This document shows, piece after piece, positions 34,201 to 43,106 of a stretch of DNA of 64,000 bases (positions within the stretch are counted from its first letter, which is position 1; every line of letters begins with the position of its first letter). The notes beneath the pieces are model-generated. The model made no database searches. It saw only the letters and a list, made by a program, of their open reading frames with translations, and had not been told where the DNA came from. Both the position numbers and the translations under genes were made by a program. The stretch comes from a virus (taxonomy: Duplodnaviria; Caudoviricetes), in IMG/VR virus record IMGVR_UViG_3300009873_000004, positions 19,827 through 83,826 of that record; one strand, given 5' to 3'.

Positions 34201-34559
34201 TGAAGTGCCAGGCCTGGATCGTCACGCTCACCCAACCGCCCCAGATCCGTACCCGCGCACTCTACATCGTGCAGGTCTCGCACGCCAACCATCCCCGGCA
34301 AATTGCCGAACTCAACTTCATCACGACCCAGAAGTATTACAAGAGCCTCAGCCCGGCGTACAACGCCCACGACCTGCGGCGCTGCCCCGGCCACATTCGA
34401 CCCAAGCTGATGGCTGATAATGGGCAGATTTACATCCAGTACACCTGCGATACTTGCAGACTGGCGGATTTTGAAGGCCTGCCCACCGTGAGCGACGTCG
34501 AGGCCGACCTGGCCCACATGATCGACCGCTTTCCGGATCGCTATTCGAGGGACGAATGA
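34200..34559 (+). CDS. Hypothetical protein
   Basis: TGATG-coupled. Confidence 0.55.
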   Translation: MKCQAWIVTLTQPPQIRTRALYIVQVSHANHPRQIAELNFITTQKYYKSLSPAYNAHDLRRCPGHIRPKLMADNGQIYIQYTCDTCRLADFEGLPTVSDVEADLAHMIDRFPDRYSRDE

Positions 34560-34723
34560 ACGCTACCGAGCGCCGACTGACCTATCGAGTCATTGAACTC
34601 GTCATCAACTTGCTGTTCACCATCCTGTACGCTATCACCCGAAGCGATCCGCGCATACCCGACTTGGGAAGCCGCTGGATCGAACTTGATCGCGACCTGT
34701 CAGATTGGAGCCGGGACGAATGA
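34556..34723 (+). CDS. Hypothetical protein (55 aa)
   Basis: ATGA-coupled at both ends; below ORF-track cutoff. Confidence 0.5.
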   Translation: MNATERRLTYRVIELVINLLFTILYAITRSDPRIPDLGSRWIELDRDLSDWSRDE

Positions 34724-34995
34724 TCCTGCGCACCGCCCACTGCGCTATCTGGCTGCACAAGCCCAACGAGTACGTCAAGGCCCCCTGGACGCCTTATCTG
34801 TATCCGGGCTTTCCCCTGAAGGGCTGCGAGCGCTTCAATCCCACCCGCGCTTTTAGCGCCGCCCTATCCCGCCTGGATCAGCTAGATCAGGAAGCCAGGC
34901 AAGCACTGGACATCCGCCCCTTGCCGAATGTGGAGCAGGGGGCTTACGACCACATCCCAGAAGGAGAATTCGAGGACTGCGATGGCGAAGTATGA
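34720..34995 (+). CDS. Hypothetical protein
   Basis: ATGA-coupled. Confidence 0.55.
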   Translation: MILRTAHCAIWLHKPNEYVKAPWTPYLYPGFPLKGCERFNPTRAFSAALSRLDQLDQEARQALDIRPLPNVEQGAYDHIPEGEFEDCDGEV

Positions 34996-35401
34996 GGAAC
35001 AAGACTATTCGCTGGTCATTGAACCAACCAGCCAACCCGGCGCGTTGGGCTTCAAGATGGTCTTTCGCAGCACGGACGCCACTCTGACCTTTTGGGTCTT
35101 CAAGTGGCCGCGTTATCAAAACGGCAAGATCTTCTGCACCGATCTGGTTCAGCACACGCCTGTTGAGCCTGGCGACTACACGGCCCAGTGCGAGTATTCG
35201 CCCACCGGCCACTGCTCGCCCTACAGCGTCATCCGCTCCACTGGCGCAGGCTGGGAATACCTGATGGAGCCCTACGATCTGGCCTGCACCGTGATCGAGA
35301 CTTTGGTCCGGGGCCATGTTGCAATCACACCCCAGGAAGATGAGCAGATCCTGCACGCCTGCGAGCGCTTCTGGGAAATCGAGCCGCTGCCCAACGAATA
35401 A
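34982..35401 (+). CDS. Hypothetical protein
   Basis: GAGG SD. Confidence 0.6.
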   Translation: MAKYEEQDYSLVIEPTSQPGALGFKMVFRSTDATLTFWVFKWPRYQNGKIFCTDLVQHTPVEPGDYTAQCEYSPTGHCSPYSVIRSTGAGWEYLMEPYDLACTVIETLVRGHVAITPQEDEQILHACERFWEIEPLPNE

Positions 35402-35425
35402 TGTGTCTGACAAGGAGACCAACAA

Positions 35426-35965
35426 ATGAGCTATTACGATGACATTCGCAAGCACGAAGCACGCGGGATCGACTATGACCTGATTGCCTGCCTGGAATAC
35501 AATCCGCAGCGCACGTTCACCGTCGACGACATCGAGCAAGTCCTGGCCGTCTGGACGGGCGAGAATGATGGCGACGACTGGCGCTGGGTCGTGCGCCTGT
35601 CCCCCGATCCAGATTATGGCGAAGCACGCTTTGCCTTCATCCAGGGCGGCTGTGACTATACCGGCTGGGACTGCCAGTCCTGGGCCACACATGCTTTTGC
35701 CGGTTCGGCTCAGGAGGCCGCGCTCAAGGCCCAAGGAGACTTTCCAACCGGCAACTGGAGTCCCCAGAACATGGGCCTCGGCCAGCTAATCAATCTGCTA
35801 TCCGGCGAAACAGGCAAGAACTTCAACGAGGTTGCGCTGGAACTCTTGCGCCAGGTAGCGCAAGGCAAGGACCAGACCTGGCGCGAAAAGAAAGACCAAG
35901 AACTGGGTCTGGACAAGAACCCGCCCAAGACCGTCGATCCTCTCGATCCGATGGGCGATTACTGA
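35426..35965 (+). CDS. Hypothetical acidic protein (GGCDYTGWDCQ motif)
   Basis: AAGGAG SD; high GC3. Confidence 0.7.
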   Translation: MSYYDDIRKHEARGIDYDLIACLEYNPQRTFTVDDIEQVLAVWTGENDGDDWRWVVRLSPDPDYGEARFAFIQGGCDYTGWDCQSWATHAFAGSAQEAALKAQGDFPTGNWSPQNMGLGQLINLLSGETGKNFNEVALELLRQVAQGKDQTWREKKDQELGLDKNPPKTVDPLDPMGDY

Positions 35966-35981
35966 TCTTTCATCCAAGGCC

Positions 35982-36018
35982 AACGGGCTCCCTAACCGGA
36001 GCCCGTTTTGCATTTAAG
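35982..36018 (+). terminator. Terminator T8 plus junction motif
   Basis: AACGGGCTCC/GGAGCCCGTT then TTGCATTTAAG. Confidence 0.8.
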
Positions 36019-36027
36019 CAACCGACG

Positions 36028-36041
36028 TTCCAAATTTGGAA
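36028..36041. promoter_or_regulatory. Perfect palindrome TTCCAAATTTGGAA abutting an SD
   Basis: Intergenic, between T8 and the next SD. Confidence 0.65.
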
Positions 36042-36051
36042 AGGATAACCC

Positions 36052-36267
36052 ATGCAGAAGAGTCTCTATCTGGCAACTTACTACCAGAAAGACAAGCAGA
36101 CCGGCCAGTTGTATTGGGCCTTGCTGCTGGTGCGCGAGGAGAGCCACTTCCGGGCGGAAGCCCAGGCTAAGGCGCTCACGCCCCAGGATTACACCTACCA
36201 CAACACCGAGCACCTGGACGAGCAGAAGCTCGACAAGAAGGGCTACCTGGAACTGTTCTATTCATAG
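36052..36267 (+). CDS. Hypothetical protein
   Basis: AAGGA SD. Confidence 0.6.
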   Translation: MQKSLYLATYYQKDKQTGQLYWALLLVREESHFRAEAQAKALTPQDYTYHNTEHLDEQKLDKKGYLELFYS

Positions 36268-36275
36268 GAGACTGC

Positions 36276-36497
36276 ATGCCTGTATCCATTGGGCGCAATC
36301 CATTCGCCCGCCATGACCTCGTGCGCGAGATCGTGCGCACCCAGAAGGGCTGCTCCTGGTGCGGTCAGAACTTCCGAGGCCGCCTGTTCGCCTACGGCCA
36401 TCACCCGGACGGGATCTACACCCGCCCCGCCTATCTCAAGGGCGAATTCTGCTCCATCGACTGCTGCCGCTCGTACCACGACGGCCAGCCCCAGTAG
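36276..36497 (+). CDS. Small zinc-binding protein
   Basis: CSWCG...FCSIDC; AGGAG SD. Confidence 0.6.
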   Translation: MPVSIGRNPFARHDLVREIVRTQKGCSWCGQNFRGRLFAYGHHPDGIYTRPAYLKGEFCSIDCCRSYHDGQPQ

Positions 36498-36524
36498 GAA
36501 GACTGACCCTATCCGGGTTAGAAC

Positions 36525-36553
36525 TTGCCTTACACGCCCATTTTGTGTAATCT
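36525..36553 (+). promoter_or_regulatory. Sigma70-type promoter TTGCCT-17-TAATCT
   Basis: Shares GTGTAATCTA with the 21690 promoter. Confidence 0.6.
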
Positions 36554-36574
36554 ATTAGCAAAGGAGACTGTTCC

Positions 36575-36835
36575 ATGCCGATTGACGAATTGATCGAGAA
36601 GCTGAAGGCCCTGCAAAAGCTGTATCCGGAGGCGGAGGTCGAGGTTCGCGCCTATGGTCCCAAGGGTGAAAACCTGGACGGTGATCCGCTCTTCTACGCC
36701 AACGTGCGCCACAATCTGGGCCAGAACATCCTGCTGGTCAGCGATCAAGACACCGAGGGCCAGGCCTGGACCACACACTGGGAAGACTGGATGGCAAGCA
36801 CCTACATCATGCGCTATCGGGAGGTAAAACCTTGA
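36575..36835 (+). CDS. Hypothetical protein
   Basis: AAGGAG SD. Confidence 0.6.
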   Translation: MPIDELIEKLKALQKLYPEAEVEVRAYGPKGENLDGDPLFYANVRHNLGQNILLVSDQDTEGQAWTTHWEDWMASTYIMRYREVKP

Positions 36836-37188
36836 TCTTCATCGAGTACGACCCGCACCTATCTGGTGCCGCCTGGCCGGACGGGCAAGCCCTGGAGCGA
36901 GCCCTTAGTATCGCCGAATGGGCCAAAACGATTGATGCCGACATCCACGAAACCTACTCCACCGAAAACATCTTCTACGCCCTGCGGCTGCTGATCGCCA
37001 ACGGCACCCTGCCGCACGATCGCATCCTGTTCGTCTATCAGGGCCACGCCTTCCAGGCCAACGAGTATGGGGCCATTCGCGACTGGCCGGAAGGTTTTTC
37101 CGACCTGACGACTCGCTTCAGCGAGAACATCATCCGCGCCGCCATGCAGAAACGAAAGGACAAAATCCATGGATCTCAAGCCGGGTGA
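36832..37188 (+). CDS. Hypothetical protein
   Basis: GGAGG SD, TTGA coupling. Confidence 0.6.
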   Translation: MIFIEYDPHLSGAAWPDGQALERALSIAEWAKTIDADIHETYSTENIFYALRLLIANGTLPHDRILFVYQGHAFQANEYGAIRDWPEGFSDLTTRFSENIIRAAMQKRKDKIHGSQAG

Positions 37189-37399
37189 TCGCGTGCGAGC
37201 CTATCTGGACCCGAACAACACCACCCTCGACTACGTCGATGGCACGATCCAGCAAGACAACTCCTTGTTGGTCAGCTACGACAACTGGGCGACCGAGTAC
37301 AAAGATGATCCGATGGTCGCCAATCTGGTCGGCCGCGCTATCCCCTTGAAACCGCATTTCAAAATCGAAAAACTGGAGGACCAGCATGGAAGATCCTGA
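37169..37399 (+). CDS. Hypothetical protein
   Basis: AAGGA SD. Confidence 0.55.
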   Translation: MDLKPGDRVRAYLDPNNTTLDYVDGTIQQDNSLLVSYDNWATEYKDDPMVANLVGRAIPLKPHFKIEKLEDQHGRS

Positions 37400-37985
37400 C
37401 AATTTCGACACCGAAGCATTCCGCGAGAAGTACAAGGCCGGGATTGACTACGGCCTGGGCATGAGCAACATCGACCATGAAAATGGCATCCGCTATGGCG
37501 TGATCAGCCAGCACTCGCTGGCGTCCTGGGTCATGGGCGAAGCCGAGCCGATCTATCCGGACTACGAGGTCGAGGTCGAGTGCGAGCACTGTGAAGAGAC
37601 CTTCATGGTGACAGACTCGCAGACCAACGACAACGTCACCTGTCCGGAGTGTGGTGAGCAGACCTGGGCCGAGGGCAACGACTTCATCGAACTGGAGCCG
37701 GTCGGCTGGGACCTGGGCATCGACGAAGACGGCTATGAGACCGACTGGAGCGAGACGCTCAACGCCCTGTTCGTGCTCAAGAGCCCCTACTACACCGAAT
37801 GCCATTACTGCTCGCCCTGCGCCCCAGGCGCGGGCGATCTGGACAGCCCGATGCCGGGCGGCGTGAAGGCTTACGCCTTTGGCCCGGACTTCTTCGACGA
37901 GGACAGCCCCTGCCCGTACCCGATCTATTCGGTGGAGACGGGCGAACTGGTGCAGAAAGGCCCCGACGATGTGGACGCTGACTGA
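37386..37985 (+). CDS. Highly acidic zinc-ribbon protein
   Basis: GGAGG SD; CEHC, CPEC, CSPCAPG; very D/E-rich. Confidence 0.7.
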   Translation: MEDPDNFDTEAFREKYKAGIDYGLGMSNIDHENGIRYGVISQHSLASWVMGEAEPIYPDYEVEVECEHCEETFMVTDSQTNDNVTCPECGEQTWAEGNDFIELEPVGWDLGIDEDGYETDWSETLNALFVLKSPYYTECHYCSPCAPGAGDLDSPMPGGVKAYAFGPDFFDEDSPCPYPIYSVETGELVQKGPDDVDAD

Positions 37986-38175
37986 AGACCGCCTGCCGGA
38001 AGGCCTGCCTGCCACCTACTTCGTGACCATCAAGAACAACAACGGCCGCCGCCGAGTTGACATCGCTCAGTGGACCGGCGACCACTGGAACTACCGCCTC
38101 GACGACTGGAGCGGTGAGTGGATCCTGGCCTGGCGGCCCATCCCCTATCCCGATCCCTACTGGGGAGAATACTGA
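37969..38175 (+). CDS. Small Trp-rich protein
   Basis: High GC3; ILAWRPIP.PY ending. Confidence 0.55.
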   Translation: MWTLTEDRLPEGLPATYFVTIKNNNGRRRVDIAQWTGDHWNYRLDDWSGEWILAWRPIPYPDPYWGEY

Positions 38176-38441
38176 TGAACCCAACTGACATGCAGGCTGT
38201 CGTTGACCAGATGCGCCAGGTGATGTATGAGCGCCACCTGGACTACATCCAGTTTCGATTGATGGACTGGATCGTGGAACTGGGGCCTGGCTACGGCTTC
38301 GACGAAACCTACTGCGGTGCCAAGGTCTGGTATCGCGAGGCTTATCCGATCAGTTACAAAGAGGCCCTGTCGTACAAGCTCTATCTGTACCTGTGCGGCG
38401 AGGCCGAGTTCCCCGAGTTCGCCTGGGAGCCTACCCCATGA
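38175..38441 (+). CDS. Hypothetical protein
   Basis: TGATG-coupled. Confidence 0.55.
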   Translation: MNPTDMQAVVDQMRQVMYERHLDYIQFRLMDWIVELGPGYGFDETYCGAKVWYREAYPISYKEALSYKLYLYLCGEAEFPEFAWEPTP

Positions 38442-38755
38442 TCGTCATACCCGACACCGTCAACCAGGTTGTTTTTGAGTTCCACTACTTCGGTCGGCGC
38501 AAAGGCACCGGCCGAGGATTCTGGGACGATCCCCAGGAGGTGATTGAGTCCAGCCGCGAGCAACTGGACGCCGAGATCGTGCTCAAGAAAGAGGACTGGC
38601 CCTGGCTGTCCGACTGGAACGACTACGGCAGCACCGTCGAGTTTGCTGTCGTCAGGCGCGACCTGGACCTGGATCTGTACTGGGTCGAGCAGCAGTTGAT
38701 CACCCTGCTGCTGCTGTGCGAATACCAATTGGAGGCACCAAATGCGCCTGCCTAA
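38438..38755 (+). CDS. Hypothetical acidic protein
   Basis: ATGA-coupled. Confidence 0.55.
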   Translation: MIVIPDTVNQVVFEFHYFGRRKGTGRGFWDDPQEVIESSREQLDAEIVLKKEDWPWLSDWNDYGSTVEFAVVRRDLDLDLYWVEQQLITLLLLCEYQLEAPNAPA

Positions 38756-39044
38756 GTCTATTCGCCAGGTTGTGTACTTCCTGCGATACAAGAAAGGCGT
38801 TCCTCTCGACACCGCGATCGTCGTAGCCGAGACCGAGATCGCAGAACTGCCCTATGTGCATGAAGTCGAAGCGGGACCGTTTGATCAGGTCCTGTTCTAT
38901 GCCGTCACCGTCAATCTGGACGATGTGTCCCCGTATTACCGATCCGCCTTGACTGGCAACGTCGATGCCGTGGCGCTGGGGCGTGTCGAAGACAGACTGC
39001 GCGAGATCCTGACCAAGTACGGTTTCACCCTGGAGGCACCCTAA
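38742..39044 (+). CDS. Hypothetical protein
   Basis: GGAGG SD. Confidence 0.6.
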   Translation: MRLPKSIRQVVYFLRYKKGVPLDTAIVVAETEIAELPYVHEVEAGPFDQVLFYAVTVNLDDVSPYYRSALTGNVDAVALGRVEDRLREILTKYGFTLEAP

Positions 39045-39302
39045 ATGTTTCCGAAGACCATGGATAGCGTCAACTTCTATATCACCTGGAAGAACTACCG
39101 CTGGGATAACCGCTACGACGGCATGAAAGTGGTGCAAGAACGCCTGCATCGAATTCCCTGGATCATCAACCACTTCGACCCGATGGGCGCAATGAGGCAC
39201 ATCGTGGTCGTAGTCGCCGTCTCTGAGATGCCCGACCTCTTTGAAGCCGAACGCCAGATCAAGCAGGCGTTTATCGACTCGTCTTTCACCCTGGAGGACT
39301 AA
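39045..39302 (+). CDS. Hypothetical protein
   Basis: GGAGG SD. Confidence 0.6.
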   Translation: MFPKTMDSVNFYITWKNYRWDNRYDGMKVVQERLHRIPWIINHFDPMGAMRHIVVVVAVSEMPDLFEAERQIKQAFIDSSFTLED

Positions 39303-39598
39303 TGCGCCTGAAGCCCAATATCTCGCCCATCATCGACGAAGGCAAACGCAAGCGGGCGATCTACAAGCACCTGAAGCTCCTGCCCGACTCCCTGCGGCCG
39401 TACTTCCAACGGCCGCGTTGGGATTCCGAACTGCACATCCTGCTGGGCGTGAATGGCTACGCCATCCGCTATTTTAGCGACCTGCCCAATGGCGGACCGC
39501 GAACAGAAGCCTATCGGCTGTGGATTGATGACGGCGACCGAGACGTCCACCACATCGTCAAGCACGCAATCGCCGTTTCAGGAAAGGAGCGCCCATGA
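39302..39598 (+). CDS. Hypothetical basic protein
   Basis: TAATG-coupled, GGAGG SD. Confidence 0.6.
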   Translation: MRLKPNISPIIDEGKRKRAIYKHLKLLPDSLRPYFQRPRWDSELHILLGVNGYAIRYFSDLPNGGPRTEAYRLWIDDGDRDVHHIVKHAIAVSGKERP

Positions 39599-39882
39599 AG
39601 AAGGTTGATGGCGATTTTGTCATTTCTGGCCCCTATCGCCACTACTGGACTCCCTGGGGCCATGTTATCGGCTACCACGATGTCGTTTACGTCCAGCACC
39701 AGCCCAGCGGCGCAATCTGCGTCGTGGAGAGCCACCAGAAGGCCAGGGGCGTGGGCAAGCGCCACATCGCCAAGACCACCACCCACGGCTATTACGATCA
39801 CCCGGCACCGCGCTTTTTGTCGCAGCGCCAGGCCATCGAAGCAGCAAAAGCCAATTGCCTGAAGGAGGCCCATGACAACTAG
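39595..39882 (+). CDS. Hypothetical protein
   Basis: AAGGAG SD. Confidence 0.6.
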   Translation: MKKVDGDFVISGPYRHYWTPWGHVIGYHDVVYVQHQPSGAICVVESHQKARGVGKRHIAKTTTHGYYDHPAPRFLSQRQAIEAAKANCLKEAHDN

Positions 39883-40588
39883 CTACCGCGTCCTGGAAGC
39901 CAAGCACCACGCCCCCTACGCGGGGGCCTTCTGGGAATGGAACTACTGGCTGATCAGCTTTGAGAATGACCAGCCCTTCACCATCACCCCGATCTACGTT
40001 TCGGGCAAGGACCGGCTGGAATTCACCCGGCTGAAAGAGATGTGGCAGGCGCACCTGGCCCAGAAAGACGAGGGCTACGTCTATCCGCTCGACCACGCCA
40101 GTTTCTATGACCTGGACGACGACCTGGAAAAGCAGATCCCAACCAACCTGGTCCCCGACTTCTGGAAGTTCTTCAACGAGCCGGGCCACAGCCCAATCTT
40201 CCGCCAGTTCATCTTCCGCTGGACCTGCGAGCATTCCGAGAGCCTGACGTCCAACCCGCCGCACGTCATGTCCGGCTACCGGGGCAACGGCGGCGTCGGC
40301 ATTGAGGTCGATGGTTGGGTGTGCGATGACTGCATGCACGCCTACGCCTACGCCCAGTCGATTGAGTGGTGCGCGGAGGAGTTGCGCTTCCACTTCGACG
40401 AGTGGTTCCCCGATCTCGAACTGGAAGAGCTTGAAACTGTCGCCAAGGAAGTCATCCAGCGCCTGTCGCAGGCCCACGACTGGGAATACATCGACACGGA
40501 TGGTACTGGCCGCTATCCGGCCACCGAGTTGGTCCGGACGGCGCTGTTGGAGTTGGGCTACTGCGAGCCCGAGGAGGCAGTCGAGTGA
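39872..40588 (+). CDS. Hypothetical acidic protein (238 aa)
   Basis: GGAGG SD. Confidence 0.65.
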   Translation: MTTSYRVLEAKHHAPYAGAFWEWNYWLISFENDQPFTITPIYVSGKDRLEFTRLKEMWQAHLAQKDEGYVYPLDHASFYDLDDDLEKQIPTNLVPDFWKFFNEPGHSPIFRQFIFRWTCEHSESLTSNPPHVMSGYRGNGGVGIEVDGWVCDDCMHAYAYAQSIEWCAEELRFHFDEWFPDLELEELETVAKEVIQRLSQAHDWEYIDTDGTGRYPATELVRTALLELGYCEPEEAVE

Positions 40589-40902
40589 GGCAATACAAGT
40601 ACGAGAACTACACCCTGGTCCTGGAGGTGGTCGGCGAGGATGGGCACGGCAAGCCCCGCGTACGCTACCACCTGTTCGACCAGGACGGCACGATCTTCGA
40701 GGGGAATGATTTCTATTCCTGGGACGGATCCGATCCCAAGAGCGCCGAGGGGCTGCTGGGATTCCTGACCCTGCGCCAGGGCGATGTGGAGGAGGACTAT
40801 TTCAAGGACTACACCGAGCGCCAGCTCAAGTTCCGCGACAACGAAGCCGAAGACCTGTATTTCTGGCAGGAAGAACTCAACCCGGAGGCCTACAAGGAAT
40901 GA
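40585..40902 (+). CDS. Hypothetical acidic protein
   Basis: GGAGG SD, GTGA coupling. Confidence 0.65.
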   Translation: MRQYKYENYTLVLEVVGEDGHGKPRVRYHLFDQDGTIFEGNDFYSWDGSDPKSAEGLLGFLTLRQGDVEEDYFKDYTERQLKFRDNEAEDLYFWQEELNPEAYKE

Positions 40903-41393
40903 CCCGCCAGCCTGAATGGGAATTGATCGACAACCTGGGCGACCAGGGCGACCCAATCGCTTATGGCGGCTTTTGGGTTTACCGAGACACGACCGGCGTC
41001 TACGAGGAAGAGGCTGAATACTGGGAGCCCTTGGATGATACCCCCAAAGGATTCGCCTACCGCTTCAGCCTGGAGCGCTGCGGCCTGCACGAAGGCCACC
41101 TGGTCCACAAGCGCATCCTGGACAAGCATCCCGACCTGCCCTATCCGCTCGATCGCTACACCAAGTGGTTTGATGACCACATTGACGCTGTGGCCGACTT
41201 TCAAGGACTCCAGCCGGACGAACTGCGGGCCAGCTTCTGCTCAGAAGATCCGATCGCCCGCGCCTGGGCCTATCGGTCCCTGGGCGAATACTTCGGCTTC
41301 TTCGAACTGGACCAGTACCCGCTCGAACTGACGATCGAAGAGGCTCAGGAGCGCTATGGCGATGAAGATCAACAAGCAGGTTCTGAAGACTGA
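40899..41393 (+). CDS. Hypothetical acidic protein
   Basis: ATGA-coupled. Confidence 0.65.
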   Translation: MTRQPEWELIDNLGDQGDPIAYGGFWVYRDTTGVYEEEAEYWEPLDDTPKGFAYRFSLERCGLHEGHLVHKRILDKHPDLPYPLDRYTKWFDDHIDAVADFQGLQPDELRASFCSEDPIARAWAYRSLGEYFGFFELDQYPLELTIEEAQERYGDEDQQAGSED

Positions 41394-41586
41394 AGTCAGC
41401 TACCTGATCCTGCCCCAGGGCGTGCGCTGCCAGTCGATTGACGAGGTGGTCGAGAAGCGCCGCAAACTGGCGGGCGAGACCTGGGTCCGGGAATACACGC
41501 TCGTCACCAAGGCCATCACCATCGAGCATGGGGGCCGCAAAACCCGCGTCAAAGGGGAGTATCTGACCAGCAAAGGAGTGGAATGA
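41356..41586 (+). CDS. Hypothetical basic protein
   Basis: AGGAG SD. Confidence 0.55.
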   Translation: MAMKINKQVLKTEVSYLILPQGVRCQSIDEVVEKRRKLAGETWVREYTLVTKAITIEHGGRKTRVKGEYLTSKGVE

Positions 41587-41777
41587 AGATCGCAATCACC
41601 GTTCGAGAGTTAGGGGCCATTCTGGCGGGCCTGATCACGCTCCGGCGTCACCTGGAAGGCAAGTTGCTCGATACCGGCGACTACGAAGCCGTGCGCGACC
41701 TGCTATCCGACCTGGGCAACTTCGAAGCCCTGTCCCTCGCCGAGATCGACGACCTGTTCGAAAGGCTGAACGCATGA
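41583..41777 (+). CDS. Hypothetical protein
   Basis: ATGA-coupled. Confidence 0.55.
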   Translation: MKIAITVRELGAILAGLITLRRHLEGKLLDTGDYEAVRDLLSDLGNFEALSLAEIDDLFERLNA

Positions 41778-42124
41778 GCGACGTTCATCTGCTGCACTAC
41801 GAATGGGAAACGGCCTACGGCTGGCTGCGCGGCAAGTACAGCCTGCCCGATCAGATCTGGAGCCTGCTTTCAACCCTGGACAGCGACACGATCCAGGACC
41901 AGTTCCAGGACGAGATGGATGCCGACCGCTACTTCGACCTGCTCTTTGACGTCCCCTGCAACGCTTGCGGCAGGCGAGTCTATTCCGATCCCAATGGCAC
42001 GGACGACCTTGATGGGCAGGAATGCCGCCGCTGCCGCGCCGTCTACCACAACACTTGCGGCTTCACCGAAGAGGTCAGCCTGGAAGAGCACATCTGCGAC
42101 GAATGCCAACGGGAGGACTTGTAA
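41774..42124 (+). CDS. Acidic protein with PHD-like (C4HC3) zinc finger
   Basis: CNAC-x15-CRRC-x3-YH-x2-C-x12-CDEC. Confidence 0.6.
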   Translation: MSDVHLLHYEWETAYGWLRGKYSLPDQIWSLLSTLDSDTIQDQFQDEMDADRYFDLLFDVPCNACGRRVYSDPNGTDDLDGQECRRCRAVYHNTCGFTEEVSLEEHICDECQREDL

Positions 42125-42376
42125 ATGGTCATTCTTCTGGAGTACGACAACGGTTGGACGCATGACGACCATCGCCGCTATCCGCTGGGAATCTTCACCG
42201 ACGAGGACCAGGCTCGCCAGGCGGCCGTGTTCTACCTGGTAAGCATGCAGGCCGATTGGGGCTGGCACAGTGACCACCACTGCCGCCTGGGTTGGTACAC
42301 CCCCAACTGGGAGTACGGCGAAGCCGGTCCCGGCCGAGTCGTCACTATCCGCGTTCCACCCAAGGAGACCGAATGA
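42125..42376 (+). CDS. Hypothetical protein
   Basis: GGAGG SD. Confidence 0.55.
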   Translation: MVILLEYDNGWTHDDHRRYPLGIFTDEDQARQAAVFYLVSMQADWGWHSDHHCRLGWYTPNWEYGEAGPGRVVTIRVPPKETE

Positions 42377-42858
42377 GCACCCTGCAAGGCGACATTGAAG
42401 ACTGTATCCGCGAACTGCGCGAGCGCATTGAAGAGAACCCGGACGAGAGGGAGCCGCACGATTGGATCCACGAGATCGCTGACTCGAACGTTCCAATCTA
42501 CTATTCCGACATCCTCCAGTATGCCGCCGATGACATCGACCTGGCAACGGCCGAGCCCGAGATTGGCCCGGCCTTTGACGGCTCGCCCACGCCGATCAAC
42601 GTCATCGCCGCCAACATTTTCGACCGGCTGGAAGAGGCCCTCTGGGAAGAGTGGCGCAGGTTTGAAGACCAGCGCGACGAAGCGCCCGAATGCGCCATCT
42701 GCTACGAGAAGGTCTTCGAGTGGCAGGACTCGATCGTCTGCACCGTTGCCGACTGCGAGGAGGTCATTCACCAGGACTGTGACACCCCCAAAACACCCGA
42801 CCCCTATTTCTGCGACACCCACCTGCCCGAGGAACCCGATGACGACGAAACTGACTAA
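42373..42858 (+). CDS. Ocr (T7 gp0.3)-like DNA-mimic anti-restriction protein with C-terminal PHD-like zinc finger
   Basis: HDWIHEIADSNVPIYYSDI matches T7 Ocr HDAIHMAADNAVPHYYADI; about 47 D/E of 161 aa; AAGGAG SD. Confidence 0.8.
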   Translation: MSTLQGDIEDCIRELRERIEENPDEREPHDWIHEIADSNVPIYYSDILQYAADDIDLATAEPEIGPAFDGSPTPINVIAANIFDRLEEALWEEWRRFEDQRDEAPECAICYEKVFEWQDSIVCTVADCEEVIHQDCDTPKTPDPYFCDTHLPEEPDDDETD

Positions 42859-43105
42859 AGACACCGCCCACGCCTCGATCGACCGCAACTTCGCCCGCGT
42901 CCAGGTCGGCGACCTGGTGCTGTGGTTCTCCTACCAGACCCTGATCGGCTTCTGGGACACCGAGAAGGTCGCCATCCAGAACTACTGGAACAAGACGACC
43001 GGCAAGCACCTGAACACCTTCAGCGACAAGGCCGACCGGGTCAACCGGGAGACCTTCGACGCCAAGTGGGCCGAAGTGCTCAAGAAACACAAGCTGGTGG
43101 GCTGA
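42839..43105 (+). CDS. Hypothetical protein
   Basis: GAGG SD; FSY.TLI.F and TTGKHLN motifs seen in phage early proteins. Confidence 0.6.
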   Translation: MTTKLTKDTAHASIDRNFARVQVGDLVLWFSYQTLIGFWDTEKVAIQNYWNKTTGKHLNTFSDKADRVNRETFDAKWAEVLKKHKLVG

Positions 43106-43106
43106 A

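Noticed and set aside
29746-36041. CRISPR array or integron attC array
   Set aside because: The hairpins are not identical repeats and the spacers are long and mostly coding. Only one junction fits GTTRRRY, and no cas or integrase gene is present.
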